The position numbers and the translations under genes are program-made. From positions 62,001 through 126,000 of the forward strand of contig JBEUKZ010000114.1 in NCBI GenBank assembly GCA_048128005.1: a stretch of 64,000 nt of DNA, in the 5' to 3' direction. Every line of letters begins with the position of its first letter. Position 1 is the stretch's first letter. The stretch is from Veleropilina oligotropha (Eukaryota). The notes beneath the pieces are model-generated. The model did no database searches, was not told the DNA's origin, and saw only the letters and a list, made by a program, of their open reading frames with translations. Positions 19,181-32,906 of the stretch are shown here, one piece after another.

Positions 19181-21786
19181 TAGTCCATGGGTTAGGTACC
19201 GAAGTCCTACCCCCCCCTCCATTGATCCTCCTAGAGTGGTATCATTGTGTTCATGGGACTCGTACGAATGAAAGGAGACATGTTCCCATCAATTATTTTG
19301 GGCCGCGCTATGCATTATGGGCTATTTTCAAAATGACGATTACAAGAAAAGCACATTATTTTGCTGTTATTCCATATACAATGGAGCGTATTAGGGATTA
19401 ATAATAAAGATACATGTTTAGCGGTGTTTATAAACATGTTTATATCAATTTGTTTGGGTTACGCTAGGCATTATGGGCAATTTTCAAAATGGCCGCCATC
19501 GAAAAATGGAAGAAAAGCACCATATTTTGCTGTTATCATAAATATAATGTTGTGTATTAGGGATATATAATAATAATAAATGTTTGGAAGTATTGAAAGA
19601 CATGTTCACATCAATATATTTATAGGCTGCGCTATGCATTATTGGCCATTTTCTAAATGGCCGCCAAGATCGACAAGTGAAGAATACAAGAAAAGCATAA
19701 AATCTAATGCAGCGTATTTGATATTTATAATAAATACAAATGCTTAAAAGTGAATGCAGACATATTCTCATCAATTTAATTATAGACTGCTGTGCATTAT
19801 GGGATATATTCAAAATGAGCGCCATAAAAATTGACAAAAATGCCAGAAAAGCACCATCTTTTGTCGTTATTCGAATTATAATGTTGAGTATTAGATATTT
19901 ATGATAAAGAATAATGTTTAGAAGGGTTTATATACATGTTCAAATCAATTTATTTGTGATGTGCTATGCATTGTCATTTTAAAAATGGCCGCCATGATAG
20001 AAAAACAAAGAACATTAGAAGAAAATGACGAAATTACCAGAAAAGCACCATATTTTGTCGTTATTCGAATTATAATGTTGACTATTAGAGATTTATTATA
20101 AAGAAAAAAATGTTTAGGAGCGTTCAATTCAATTCAATTTATTTGGGTTGTACTATGCATTATGGGTCATTTTTAACATGGCCGCCAAGATCGAAAAGTG
20201 AAGAATACAAGAAAAGCATCAAATTTTGTTTTTATTCAATATCTAATGTAGCGTATTAGATATTTATAATAAATATAAATGTTTAAAATAGTATATAGAC
20301 ATATTCGCGTTAATTAAATTATAGAATGTGCTGTGCATTATGGGTCAATTTAAAAATGGCCGCCATAAGAAAATTACGAATAACAGATAACCATCATCGG
20401 AGGATCATGGGGTGGGGGGGGGGGGGGGGGTGGGAGCAGCCTATGAATTATTGTATTGACCGTTTTATCTATGTATTCGACATTATGGTCAAGAACTCGG
20501 ATATCATCTTTGGTATCGATACCAGTACGTACGCCGTTCATTCCATCAATGCCTTGGAATGAATAAGATGGTGAAGTGGTGAATAGCGTATCATGAGAGG
20601 AGATATGACAAAGACATCTCATGTTCTATATCTTGATTCATCATGAACAAAGCAGTAAAATTAATGTCGCCATTCTCGTTAACAGAAATCATAATTAACA
20701 GAACAGACTTCACTGCATTACCAGCGAATTCAAATGTTTAAGTGAAAGCAAGTCCCAGCGGCCGAATGGGCCAAAGAGTGCTCCAACAAAGACTTTGTGG
20801 AATTTATGTGTATAATGCAGTATCAGTAGTTCATACCTATCCGGGAAGGTTTTCCTTGGTAACAGGGATTTACTCATGTGATAGTATGGGCAAATCCTAG
20901 TTTGACTCCTAGGGGTGCCCTAGTTTATAGTTTTCGATCATGGCCGCCATTTTTTGAAAATAACCAATAATGCATAGCACACCCCAAATAAATTGATTTG
21001 AACATGTCGATAAACCCTTCTAAATAATTTCTTTATTATACAAATCTAATACCTAACATTATAATTCGAATAACTAAAAAAGATGGTGCTTTTCTGGTAA
21101 TTTCGTCATTTTTTATGGCGGCCATTTTGAAAATTGCCCATAATGCACAGTACAGTCTATAATTAAATTGATGCGAATATTTCTACATACGCTTTCAAAC
21201 AATCTTTATTATAAATATCTAATACGCTACATTAGATATGGAATAAACACAAAATTTGATGCTTCTCTTGTATTCTTCAAGTTTTGAAAATTACCCATAA
21301 TGCACAGCGCAGCCTATAAATAAATTGATGTGAACACGTCTATAAATATTTCTAAACATTTTTTATTATTATAAATCTCTAATACACAACATTATATTTC
21401 GAAAAACAACAAAATATGGTGCATTTCTTCAATTCTACCATTTTTCGATGGCGACCATTTTGACAATTGCCCATAATGCTTAGCGTAACCCCCCAAAATT
21501 GATACAAACATGTTTATAGACACTTCTAAACATGTATCTTTATTATTCATCCCTAATACGCTCCATTTTATATGGAATAACAGCAAAATAATGTGCTTTT
21601 CTTGTAATCGTCATTTTCCGATGGCGGAAATTTTGAAAATGGCCCATAATGCATAGCGCGGCCCAAATAATTGATTGGAACATGTCTATTTTCATTCGTA
21701 TGAGTCCCATGAACAAAATTATACCACTCTCGGGGGATCATGGGGGGGGGGGGGGTGCAGGACTTCGGTACCTAGCCCATGGACTA
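19181..21786. mobile_element. Non-autonomous foldback/MITE-like element with long inverted arms of tandem subrepeats
   Basis: Ends TAGTCCATGGG...CCCATGGACTA. Arms (~19181-20430 and ~20930-21786) are imperfect inverted copies carrying repeated AAAATGGCCGCC. Confidence 0.75.
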
Positions 21787-23738
21787 GATTATATCCATGA
21801 TTGTGTCTGCTTTGTGCACGTGAGCTATTCAAGATATTTATTTTATGCTTACTTTATATATTTCCTATTTTACTATATGCCATATCCTGTGTATAAACGT
21901 GAAGTGTTAAATTGGTAATCAACATCGAACAGATAATAAGATGAAACTGTTGTTGATCATTATATTAGCAATATGCCTTTGTTGAAAATGTAGTACAAGA
22001 AAATATTACATATATTTATTTTGTAGTTTCTCAGGAATGCTTTCTTAATTATTCAGCATAATATATCTGTTCTTGCTTGATCCCAATGGGAAACCCTACG
22101 CTCAATACTGTCCATGTTCTCTGCCGGTAAATATCAACGTTATACCCTTTGCACCCAAGTCTTCGGATAATGTATTATGCATTGCCAATCGATTATTGTT
22201 GAGATAAACTGCTCTAACATAACATTGAGTTATCGAATTTCTTTGCTTAATAACGAATCACGACCCTATATGTTAAACGAGGAGAAGGTTAACGAGTATA
22301 ACTTACCAAAACAAGTAAATAATTATATCATTCATCGGGATGTCTATAAACAAAGAACCAAAGAACAAAGTATCTTTATCGCTGAAAGATGCCGACCGAG
22401 GATTTTCTGCATAAACAATACCACAAGAAAAACAATATATCAGCAACTGAGGTGATTGTGGATAGAGATAATGCGGTTTAAACGAGGCAGATGGCGATAT
22501 ATTTAAGTATTTGTTTACTTTCGCTGACATATACCATTGGTTAGCGCGATGATGGAGAAAATGCACAGAATCTGCACTAGGCTTGGCGCATGTCTACGTT
22601 AACGTCGCTTGCGGACTTCACTACCAACGGGCGAAAACGAAATCGGTTATCCTTCAGTACGAATAAATCCTGGAATGTAAATATTTATTGCTACATCTAC
22701 TTACTACTATTTTAAAGAGAGAGACTTGAACCTACGTTACATTTGCAGCAGCTATTGTTTATTTATATGTTGGCATTTTCTGAGAGAACTATATTTCCTG
22801 ATGCTATTCGGATTTTCTATCCTATGAGCATACCAAAATTCTGCAATTGAGTCCGCGCAATAGCTTCGTGGTGCTTTTCCTTCCCAGAATATGTTCAGTT
22901 CACAATATTTTAGCGGATGATGCGCGAGTGCTATTGTTAACAGGATCAAATTTCATTGGTAGAATAAAGGATTAATACAAAGAGGATCAAAAAGGTTACG
23001 TGAAATATAAATCCGACATGAGGATGCGACAACAACAAAATTCAAGACAACATCCAAATGAAATGTGAACATTTTTGCGTCCTGGAGACTCCTGACCATT
23101 TAGGCATTGATTTCAATCATTTTCACCCTAATCCCTGATGTGGTATTTAGTCTCAATCATATTGTTATAAGATAATGAATCGGTCACAACAGCAGTAGCA
23201 GTAGCTCTCTTGTTTTAAAATGGTAAGACATTCATAGTATGAATCAAGATTTCTACAATTTAATTTATCTTTTTTAATAACTAAATAAAGAAGACCAAGT
23301 ACATGAACACAGAAGCAGTTGTAAAGGACAATTAAATATAATTTAATTACGTAATATACCAATATATACATGTATTCATCTAAGCAGAATATTTAAAGTA
23401 TTGGATCATTAAAATAAATACCACAATATATTATATAACGGATTGCAACCATAGCAATCTATTATTGTACTGACTATCTCGCAATTTAACCCGTATTTCT
23501 GACGAATTGAATAAAATAAAGGAAAGGATCGCTTTCATGGTCATTGTTTTTAACAAATGGTGGATTATGGATATTTAGATGTTGAAATATCACGCCAACA
23601 ATTTTCAGTCATAACATTGATGATTAAATTTGAAGGATATTACTGCTTCGGTGGATATCGCGTCAGACACTAACCGAACGAGAGCACAGTAATGGTACAT
23701 TACATTATACCCCGCCTGTATTAAGGGGGACTACTGTT

Positions 23739-24986
23739 GACAAGTGAAGGACACTAAATGTTTGTCGAAAAAAGGGGGATACCTGCGGAAATATTTGTCG
23801 ACATTCTGGCAGAATCGAACTTGACCTCCGCGCTACTACTTACAATACAGTCATAAGATTTGAACGACATCCGATGTGCAGTTCAGAAGATTGACGGAAA
23901 CTAAATGTTTGTCGAAAAGGGGGTAACTGTTCAAATATTTGTAGAAGTTGTGCCAAAATTGAACTTGACCTCCGAGGTATTATTTGCAACACAGTCATAA
24001 GATTTCAACAACATCCGATGCGCGGTTCTGAAGATACAGTAATTGACGGAAACTAATTTTTTATGGCGAAAAGGGGGGATAACTCTAGTAATACCTGTAG
24101 ATATTCTGCTGAAATCGAACTTGACCTCAGAGTTATTATTAGCAACACAATCATAAGATTTGAAGAACATCCGAAGCGTGGTTCTGCAGATAATTGGCGG
24201 AAACCAAATTATTGTCGTAAAAGTGGGATAACTGCGGTAATATTTGTCCAAATTCTGCTGAAATCGAAATAGACCTCCGAGGTATTATTTCCAACACAGT
24301 CATAAGATTTTAAGAACATCCTATGCGCGGTTCTGAAGTTAATTGACGGAAACCAAATTTTGTCGAAAAAGATGGATAACTCATGTACTATTTCTCGAAA
24401 TTCTGCTGAAATCAAACTTGACCTCCGCGCTATCATTTGCAACACAGTGATAAGATTTGAACATCATCCGACGCGCGGTTCTGAAGATAATTGACGGAAA
24501 CCGATTTTTTATGTCGAAAAAGGGGAATTCTTCTGAAATCGAACTTGATCTCCGAGCTACTATTTCCAACACAGTCATAAGATTTGAAGAACATCCGATG
24601 CGCGGTTCTGAAATTAATTGACGGAAACCAAATTTTACGTCGAAAAAGGGGATAACTCATGTACTATTTCTCGAAATTCTGCTGAAATCGAACTTGACCT
24701 CCGCGCTATTATTTGCAACACAGTGATAAGATCTAAACATCATCCGATGCACTGAAACCAAATTTTCATGTCGAAAATGGGGGACAACTCGTAATATTTG
24801 TCGACATTTCGCTGAAATCGAACTTGACCTCCGTGTTATCGTTTCCAACATAATCACAAGGTTTGAATAACATCCGATGTGCGGTTCTCAAGATAATTTA
24901 CGGAAACCACGGACGGACGGACAGACAGACGGACGACCGAGGGTATAACATAACACCATGCCACATCAATGTGGTGGGGTATAAAC
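23739..24986 (+). repeat. Helentron/HINE-like element with internal ~145-bp tandem array
   Basis: Repeated GAAATCGAACTTGACCTCCG...GACGGAAAC units, then a (GGAC/AGAC)n microsatellite and a 3' hairpin CCACATCAATGTGG. Confidence 0.6.
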
Positions 24987-25276
24987 AGCCATGATGGTCC
25001 GGGTTAGAGGCCATCCGGAGGCTTATTCTGCCGCTTAAAATAATAGATAGCATATCCCTAATTAATGTCGGTCAGCTCGCAGTGAAACCTTAAACCATGT
25101 GTCCCGACTACTTTAAGGCTGAAAAAATGTCAAAGTGGTCGTAAAACTAAGTCATCAACCAACCAATTGAATGAGGAAATTAATGGGTGTTGGATCAAAT
25201 GCAGATATATGCATCATGGCAGACAAGATATATCCTTGTCTTCGGATAAACATGGTCTGTACGGAAATTATTTATA

Positions 25277-26001
25277 ACAAGAAGTGTGGGAGCCACACAT
25301 TATCCCATCGGGATTGTCGTAATTTATGGAGTGTACATGTTTAAGTTGATAAAGGGGATTAACTGTGCACATAGTTGGCAAAATTTAAAATGACCCTTGT
25401 GTTTTATTTGCAACACAGTCACAAGATGCGAACAATATCTGATGCGAGGTTATGAAGATAATTGGCGGAAACTAAATATTTATGTCGGAAAAGGGAAAGT
25501 TTATGTCAAAAGGGGGATAAATGTGCAAATATTCGGCGGAATAATCTGAAATTGAATAGCAACCTAGTTTATGTCCCAATAAACCTGCATACCAAATTTC
25601 CCTATCTGTTACGGTTTTCCTTATATCATGTACACGTCGTTCGAAAAGGAAACTTTGTCGAAAAAGGGGGATAACTGTGCAAATATTCGGCGGAATATTA
25701 TGAAAATCAATAGCGACCTAGTTTATGTCCCAATAAACCTGCATACCAAATTTGAATTCCCTAGCTGTTACGGTTTTCCTTATATGATGTTCACGTCGTC
25801 CGAAAAGGAAAATTTGTCGAAAAAGGGGGATAACTGTGGAAATAGTTGGTGGAATAATCTGAAATGCGATAGCAACCTAGTTTATGTCCCAATAAACCTG
25901 CACACCAAATTTGAATTCCTAGGTGTTACGGTTTTTATGTCTTGACCTTTTTGTAAAAAAGGACAAGACATTATCAAATGGTCCGTGTGTATATACATAT
26001 A

Positions 26002-26036
<35 letters not shown>

Positions 26037-26779
26037 CCGTCGATTTATTTGAAAACTACCAGGTCAATTTTCACCAAAATTGGTACACACATTCCCAAGA
26101 GTATTTGTAGGTCGTGTATATAACTTTCGCGACACAATTTTGCAAAAATATGCATTTATTGAGCACTTTAATCCATATTCGTATGTAACTGATGTCTAAT
26201 ATTGCAAGCAAATAGCAATGACGTCATTATGACGTCGCTTTAGATTAATCGTCATTTGGTGACGTCATAATCGACGGGGTAGTAATTTAAGCCATGAAGT
26301 ACTTGCACTTAGCCATTGTATTAACTGTTATGAAAATTTGAGGGAAATAAAGAAAGGTCAAGACATATTTCGAACGCGTCGTTCTTGTTCTGATATCCTG
26401 TTCACGTCGTCCGAAACGGAAATTTTATGTCGAAAAAGGTGATAACTGTGCAAATATTTGGCGGAATAATCTGAAATTCAACAGCAACCTAGTTAATGTC
26501 CAAATAAACCTGCATACCAAATTTGAAATCCCTAGCTTTTACGGTTTTCCTTATAACATGTTAACGGAAATTTTATGTCGAAAAAGGGGGATAATTGTGC
26601 AAATATTTGGCGGAATAATCTGAAATTCAATAGCAACCTAGTTTATGTCCCAATAAACCTGCATACCAAATGTGAATTCCCTAGCTGGTATGGTTTTCCT
26701 GATATTGTGTTCACGTCGTCTATACGGACGGACTACATGACGACATAATCCCATCGTTTTTTCAAAACCGATGGGATAA
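25277..26779 (+). repeat. HINE-like element with tandem array, interrupted by an inverted related insertion (~25935-26390)
   Basis: Repeated ATAAACCTGCATACCAAATTTG units, CGGACGGAC, and a 3' hairpin ATCCCATCG...CGATGGGAT. Confidence 0.55.
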
Positions 26780-28123
26780 CTAGAGTTGTTTTTGTGTGAC
26801 CAAAGACACATGTCTTCCCATGTAAGAGAAATCACTCCATATTGAGATCCTCATGAAGTTTGGAAAGTCACGAACTGGAAGCGTGTAAATATATTTGACG
26901 ACATGAATGGATTTATGCAAATGTCCTGAATATTTACACCCTTCACGTTCAAGGCATGGGAGCCTATGAAGGTGACAAGAATTTTAGTAGGTCAAAGGCC
27001 ATTACGGCAAGGTCAGAGGTCATTTTCGGAAAATTACGCCTCCTTGCACAATGGCACGTTAAGGGAAGATAGCATATCACAGGAAATCATGCTGGCATGT
27101 ATAGGACCCGAGATCTAGCCCGGACAAGGTATGTATCAGGAAAGTACATTTTGATCTCCGTGACCTTGTCCTTTGACCGAACAACAAAATTGAACATTGT
27201 TATATAATGTACTCACCCTCATGGAGGAGTTTGGCGAAAAATAATTAAGGAAACAATAAAATATATAAATGCCCAAATATGGAATCAGGAAAGTACATTT
27301 TGACCTCTGTGACCTTGACCTTTGACTGAACAACAAAACTGAACATTGTTTTATAATGTACTCTCCCGCAGGGGAAAAGTTGGCGAAAAATAATTAAGAA
27401 AACAAAATATAAAAATGTCCAAATATGGATTTTTTTATGAAGGTCAGACCGCCAAGGTCAAAAGTGCAAAATTTTAGTGCCCTGCACATGCTTCAAGTGT
27501 GGGCCATACATCTTCAAAGAAATTAGAAGGGTAAGATTTGACATCACCGACAACCAGGCCGGACACGATTTCGGATCAAAAGGCAAGGTCAAGGTCGTTT
27601 CCGCAAAATTTTGCCAAAAAGCACAATGGCAAGATGGGCGGTTGAAAATACCAAAGGAAATCATGCTGGCCTGTATAGGACCTGAGATGTAGCCCGGATA
27701 ACGTGTGTTAGATAAAGTACATTTTGACCTCTGTGACCTTGACCTTTGACTGAACAAAAAAATTGAACATTGTTATATAATGTACTCACCCTCAGGAATA
27801 CATTTGGAAAAAAATTAAGAAAACAATAAAATTTAAAAATGCTCAAATATGGAAATTGTTTATCAAGGTCACAGGCCAAGGTCAGAGATCAAAGGTCAAA
27901 AGTACAAAATTTTAGCGAGGTCGAAAGTTGTTTTCGAGGAATTTTGCCGAAAAGCACAATGGAATGCTTGGGCGGTTAAATTTACCAAAGGAAATAATTC
28001 TGGCATGTATAGGACCTGAAATCTAGTCCGGACAAGAAAAGTGAGGAAGAAGGAGGAGAAAGAGAAGGATAAGGAGAACGGAGTGTAAAACAATATGTCT
28101 CTCCCATCCTTCGGATGGGAAGA
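26780..28123 (+). repeat. HINE-like element with TGACCTT/AAGGTCA-rich repeats
   Basis: Repeated AAGTACATTTTGACCTCTGTGACCTTGACC units, a purine microsatellite and a 3' hairpin TCCCATCCTTCGGATGGGA. Confidence 0.55.
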
Positions 28124-28137
28124 TTGTATTGAATTGA

Positions 28138-28462
28138 GGGGGGACTAAGGCGGTTTAGACTAGGGGCTCACGGCCGCCGGGGGGGCTCCCAGCGCCATCC
28201 GAACCTCGGGTAGCTTAGAATAGTCAGCAGGGGGGCATTTTAGAAGAATCCAGGGGGGGGCCCCGGGGGGGCTCCCAGCGCCGTCCGAAACTAGGGTAGC
28301 TTAGAATGGTCGGTAGGGGGGGGCATTTCATAAGAATGGGCCAGCACCGTCCGAAACTCGGGTAGCTTAGAATAGTCTATTTGGGCCCCCCGGGCCTGGG
28401 CCCCGGCCCCCACGCCCGTTTGAACAGAGCTGGTAGTAAGAGCCCTTAGGGACTTCCGGGGC
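28138..28462 (+). repeat. E2 left TIR containing three related ~70-bp subrepeats
   Basis: Reverse complement of 42902-43235. CCGAA.CT.GGGTAGCTTAGAAT.GTC occurs three times. Confidence 0.95.
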
Positions 28463-28541
28463 CCGTTACCCTCGCCGGCCCAGGCTCGATATCTTAGTGT
28501 CATAATCTATATTAGAGACTAGACTGTCCACGCTATACGCC

Positions 28542-28821
28542 ATGTGGGGAACGAATCTATGCCCTTGGTTGCCAGTTAATACCGTTGGGGTTTGTGGTCG
28601 TACCTGCGTCAAAGAATTTTGCAAGACACAGACAGAAAATTCGGATGGGAAGAACATCACCCCTGCCATGTAGGGTATGTGGTGTCGGTACTAAATCGGC
28701 CGTTCTGTTGTGTAGACCATGTGGAGGTCATCGTGGCGCCCAGGCTCTCATAAACACTGAAAAACGAGCCCGCCGTCTCTACGGCAAAGTGTTGTGCGAG
28801 TTGCAGTCGCGCGCGACTTAA
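28542..28821 (+). pseudogene. E2 zinc-finger protein, frameshift near 28628
   Basis: MWGTNLCPWL...CGRTCVKEFCK followed by HRQKIR...PCRVCG...LCRPCG matches the Cys spacing of E1 17864-18139. Confidence 0.7.
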
Positions 28822-28863
28822 AAAATTTCCATTTAGAGACTGGTATCTTCATGTCATGTCGAA

Positions 28864-31800
28864 ATGGTTCGTGTCTCCCTCAGAGAACTACGCAATCTAG
28901 CGAAAGATTACGGGCTTCCCGATCGGTCGAAGCTCAAGAAAAACGACCTCATCAGGGCAATTGCCGGGGTCCGTGCTGCCGAGTTTCGGAGGAGACTCGA
29001 GCGGGCGATGAAGACGGGAAGATTCCCCTCCATCCGTGGAGATGTGGAGAACCCCCACAAACGAGGCCGTCGTGCTCGCGAATTGCAGCGGCTTAAGGAC
29101 GAGGTCGGTGTGGCCCTCAAGGTCCGTAAATACGAAACCCAGGCTGAGAAAAAGCCCGGGATACGACAGAAGCCACTTCGTAACATCACGGATCGAATCG
29201 TCAAGCCACACCTGCACGGTCTGACTAGGTCTCGGAAAGATACCCTTGCCCGGGCAATAGCTGGGGTCCGTCCCGATCTTCTGAGAGATCACCTATCCTC
29301 AGATGGATATTATTCCCTTCTCGTCGACGATGTCGCAGTCCTGTTCCCCGATGGGGCTTATATTAAGAAGGGCGCCGACGTCGTTCGTAAAGAAATTACC
29401 GAGGCTGTTGATGGTCGTAGATTCGACTTCCAGGCGGTTGTAAGGGGGCCTGACATCACAGACGACGGCGCGGTGTATTGGGTATCGTGCAAAAAGAGGG
29501 ATCTTCGGGTGACGCTGGGTATGGCCTCGGAGGTGTTGGAGCTTCTAGACCCCGACACACAATACAAGTTGTTCACGGTAGTGGGGAAATCGGCCAAGGA
29601 GCCTCTTGCCCAAGTGACAGAGGAAGTGGGTGTCTCTGAGCAGCACATTAAGGGGAAGGGGGTGGTTCGCGGAGACCAGGTCAGCGCCGGGGCTGTTCAC
29701 GGCATCGACCAGGCGGCGAGGGAGAAGGGACGAGAATATCTCGTTTATGTTAGGTACGAGCTTCGTCCGCTTCCGGAGCAGCAAGGAGAACCGGGGCCAA
29801 TGCTAGCCCCTCAAGAAGATGGAGAGTTTGTAAACTGCTTCGTTCGCTGTGTGGTGGACCACTTCCAGAACCCGATGACGAAAGCCGGAGATGGGTTAAC
29901 GCGGAGCCGCAGACAAATTCTTGAGCAGTTCGACCGCAAGCTTGCAGAAACGGGCTGCACACGCGAGGATATGTTCTCCATTGAAGCGGCTCTCAAAGTC
30001 AAGCTTGTTGCCATCGACGCGTTAGGCAACACTCTTTGGGACAGCGGTAAATACAAGAGCCGTCCCACGATTCGGGTGCCGTGCCATAACAACCACGCAT
30101 GGGCAAGCATCCCGACCGATCCGCCCAAGATCTTACAGGTTTACAGTCTCGACGACATCGCAGAACAGGCCCTTACGTCTGCGGCCCAGAAGACCACTGC
30201 GGCCCCAAAGACCACTGCGGCCCAGAAGACCATGGACCAAACTACAAGAGAGGTTCTGATCGCATTTGCCACCAGGGCCATCCCATCGACGGTCCGGGTC
30301 TGGGTATGTGGACAGGCTCTCGTGGGTAGCGATGGTTCCCTGTGGAGGTCGAGGGCCGAGGGTATGGCTATTGACCGCGCTTTCGAGGACGAGATGCATT
30401 GGCATCCTTCCGAGATCCCCGAAGCACTTAAGAAGCTTGAAGAGGAATACCACCGAGCTTCCCACTCCATGGGTGGCGCCACGTCTTACCGGTTCCAGAA
30501 GTGGTTGGCCCGCGAGGAGATCAAGCCAATGCCAGAAAACCACCGGGACACCTGGCGAGCGGCTCAGGTTGAGGCCAAGGTTTGGAATTCTGATGATGAG
30601 GCCGCAGACACAAGCGCCCATCACCATCTCGACATGCGCGCAGCATACCTTGGCTGCGAAGACTCCCTTTGTGGCGGGGTTGGATAATCCATAGATCTAG
30701 TGCGCCAGTATGGGTTCCCGACGAGTATGATGCGTCGAGCGAACGTCGAGGGTGTGTCCATAAGAGATATCCTCACCCTGACAGGAGCGGTGCAGCTCGC
30801 TGCATGGCAATTCAGCCCAGAGACGCACCCCTATACTGTAGGTCGCATAGGCGAGCACCTACGGGAGAAGCAGGGCTGGATCACTACCCCCGAGCTTGCA
30901 GACTTAATTGACTCTGGTGATCTGGTGGATGTCACAGCGCGTGAGGTGGTATACAGCGTAGGCACGAAGGCCGCTATCAAGTTCCCTTTGAGAGACCTGG
31001 CCGTGCGCTTCGTTGGCAAGTGTGCTCGCCATGGTGATGAGTCGAGCATCCTAGTTCGTGATCCAAACGAGGCCGCCTACTTGGCCAATGTTATCGGTGG
31101 CACTGACCGTCTCTTGAACTTCGAGAAGGCCGGCAATGTCCACCTCATTCAGTACAAGGACGGCAAGACCAGGACGCAGTGGTTTCATATCCGAGCCTTC
31201 GTACTCGGATATACGAACATTGCCCTCCGCCGCATGCTACGAAGATTCCCAAGAGAGGATGTCCTTCGTGTCTGCACCGATGCCATATACGTCAAGAGCC
31301 TGCCCGAATCGGTCGAACATCTGCTGGTCCAAGACCAGCCTAGGTATGGGCAATGGCGCCATAAATCCCCGGGATACGAGTGGTGCCCAGAGGCTGCTGC
31401 TTGGACGATATAGCATGTTGGTCGTCTCGACTTGCCCCATGGGGGGAACGCCCCCCCCCCCTCCGTTCCCTTCCGATATCGGCGCGGCCACCTCGCGACG
31501 TTTATACCTCGCAGGTCAAGGCGGCAGTGGCAAAACCGAGTGGGCCGTTCAGACATTTCGTGGTCGGAAGCTGGTGGTGCTCACCCCCGAGAACGACCTC
31601 GCCCAAGAACACCGCAACAACCCGAGACTGGGTCTCCAGCACGCACAGGTCCAGACGATCCACCACTACTTATGTCTACCCGTCGGCAAGCCGATCGAGG
31701 ATTGGGACCCGGCTGCCCTGGGACACCGACTCGATAACCTAGCCGAGGTTATCGTCATTGACGAATGTTGCAAGGTCCCCACGAAGACCCTGATGACCGT

Positions 31801-32906
31801 CCTTGATTACCTCGCCCGTAGGACGTGTCAAATCATCTGCGTCGGGGATATGGGGCAGATCCCGCCATGGGGCGATAAAGAAGGCCCTCACCACATGTTA
31901 GCAGACTAGGCCTCGGGGGGGGGGGCGCCCCCCCCAGAACCTGCGGTGGTTTGACACCGACTATATGTGCCTGTGTGAGGCGTGTGGCGAGCCGTGGTCC
32001 TGCTGTCGCTGTCTGCATGGGCCAACGTCGGCTTTGCACGACGTAAAGGCGCAGATGTGGCACGCTAATGACCAGCAACAGCTCAACGTCTTCAGAGATC
32101 AGTTGGCCGCAACGCCGTTCGTAGAAGCTGTAGGCCGCACCAAGCCCGATGACATCTGGATCTGCTCCACGAACCACCTAGGCACGCATGTCCAGACCCA
32201 GCTGCTCCGGCAGCACAGGACACACCCCCGGCTTCCTGCTAATATTCGATTCGACCCAGACGATAGCATCTCGCACCGGTACCGCAAGCAGGGTCGGCCT
32301 ATACAGATACCGGGTAGTCTAGAAACCGTGCCGGCCTATCGAGGGACCATCGTCAAAGTCCCCCTTGAACTAGTCGAGAACGGGTTACCGCCTGAGTGGA
32401 AATATGCGGGGTGGGGGACGGTGCATAGGGTGCAAGGGAAGACCATCCAACCACCCAGGCGCCTATACATCGTCGACCACGGTCTGAGTGCCTGGGTGAG
32501 CAACGCCGTATACACAGCCGTGAGCCGGGCCCGGTTGATGGATCAGATTGCACGGGTTCTGCCGCCTGACGACGCTCCGGGTGATATAGCTCCCACCGAT
32601 CAGCAGGCCACAACTTCGCGAGAGCTCATCGCCGCAAGGCTCAAGCGCTACGTGGTTGAGGATCGTCAAAAGAAACGACCCCACTACACGGGAGCATGCC
32701 ATACCCTCACCGTCAACCACGTGCTCGACATGATTGATGCTGCAGAAAAGAGGTGCGTGGTCTGTCATAGTCCTCTCCTTCTTCAGGGCTACACGAAGTG
32801 CCACGGGCAGACGTTCAGTATCGACCGCCTGGATGACAGTCAGGGTCACTACAAGTGGAACGTCCGGTTGACATGCCTGTCCTGTAATCGTCGACACAAG
32901 CACTAG
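28864..32906 (+). pseudogene. E2 multidomain replicase with in-frame stops (30685, 31411, 31907) and homopolymer frameshifts (~31450, ~31925)
   Basis: LDMRAAY (PolB motif A), VCTDAIY (motif C), GQGGSGKT, IDEC, GDMGQ, TVHRVQG, YTAVSR, and CxxC...DRLDDSQGH..N...CxxCN. Confidence 0.88.

Noticed and set aside
23739..24900. CRISPR-like array
   Set aside because: Whole ~145-bp units are repeated with no unique spacers, there are no cas genes, and the context is eukaryotic.
19361..28093. Many short ORFs in the AT-rich repeat region
   Set aside because: They are translations of tandem or inverted repeats with no protein motifs.
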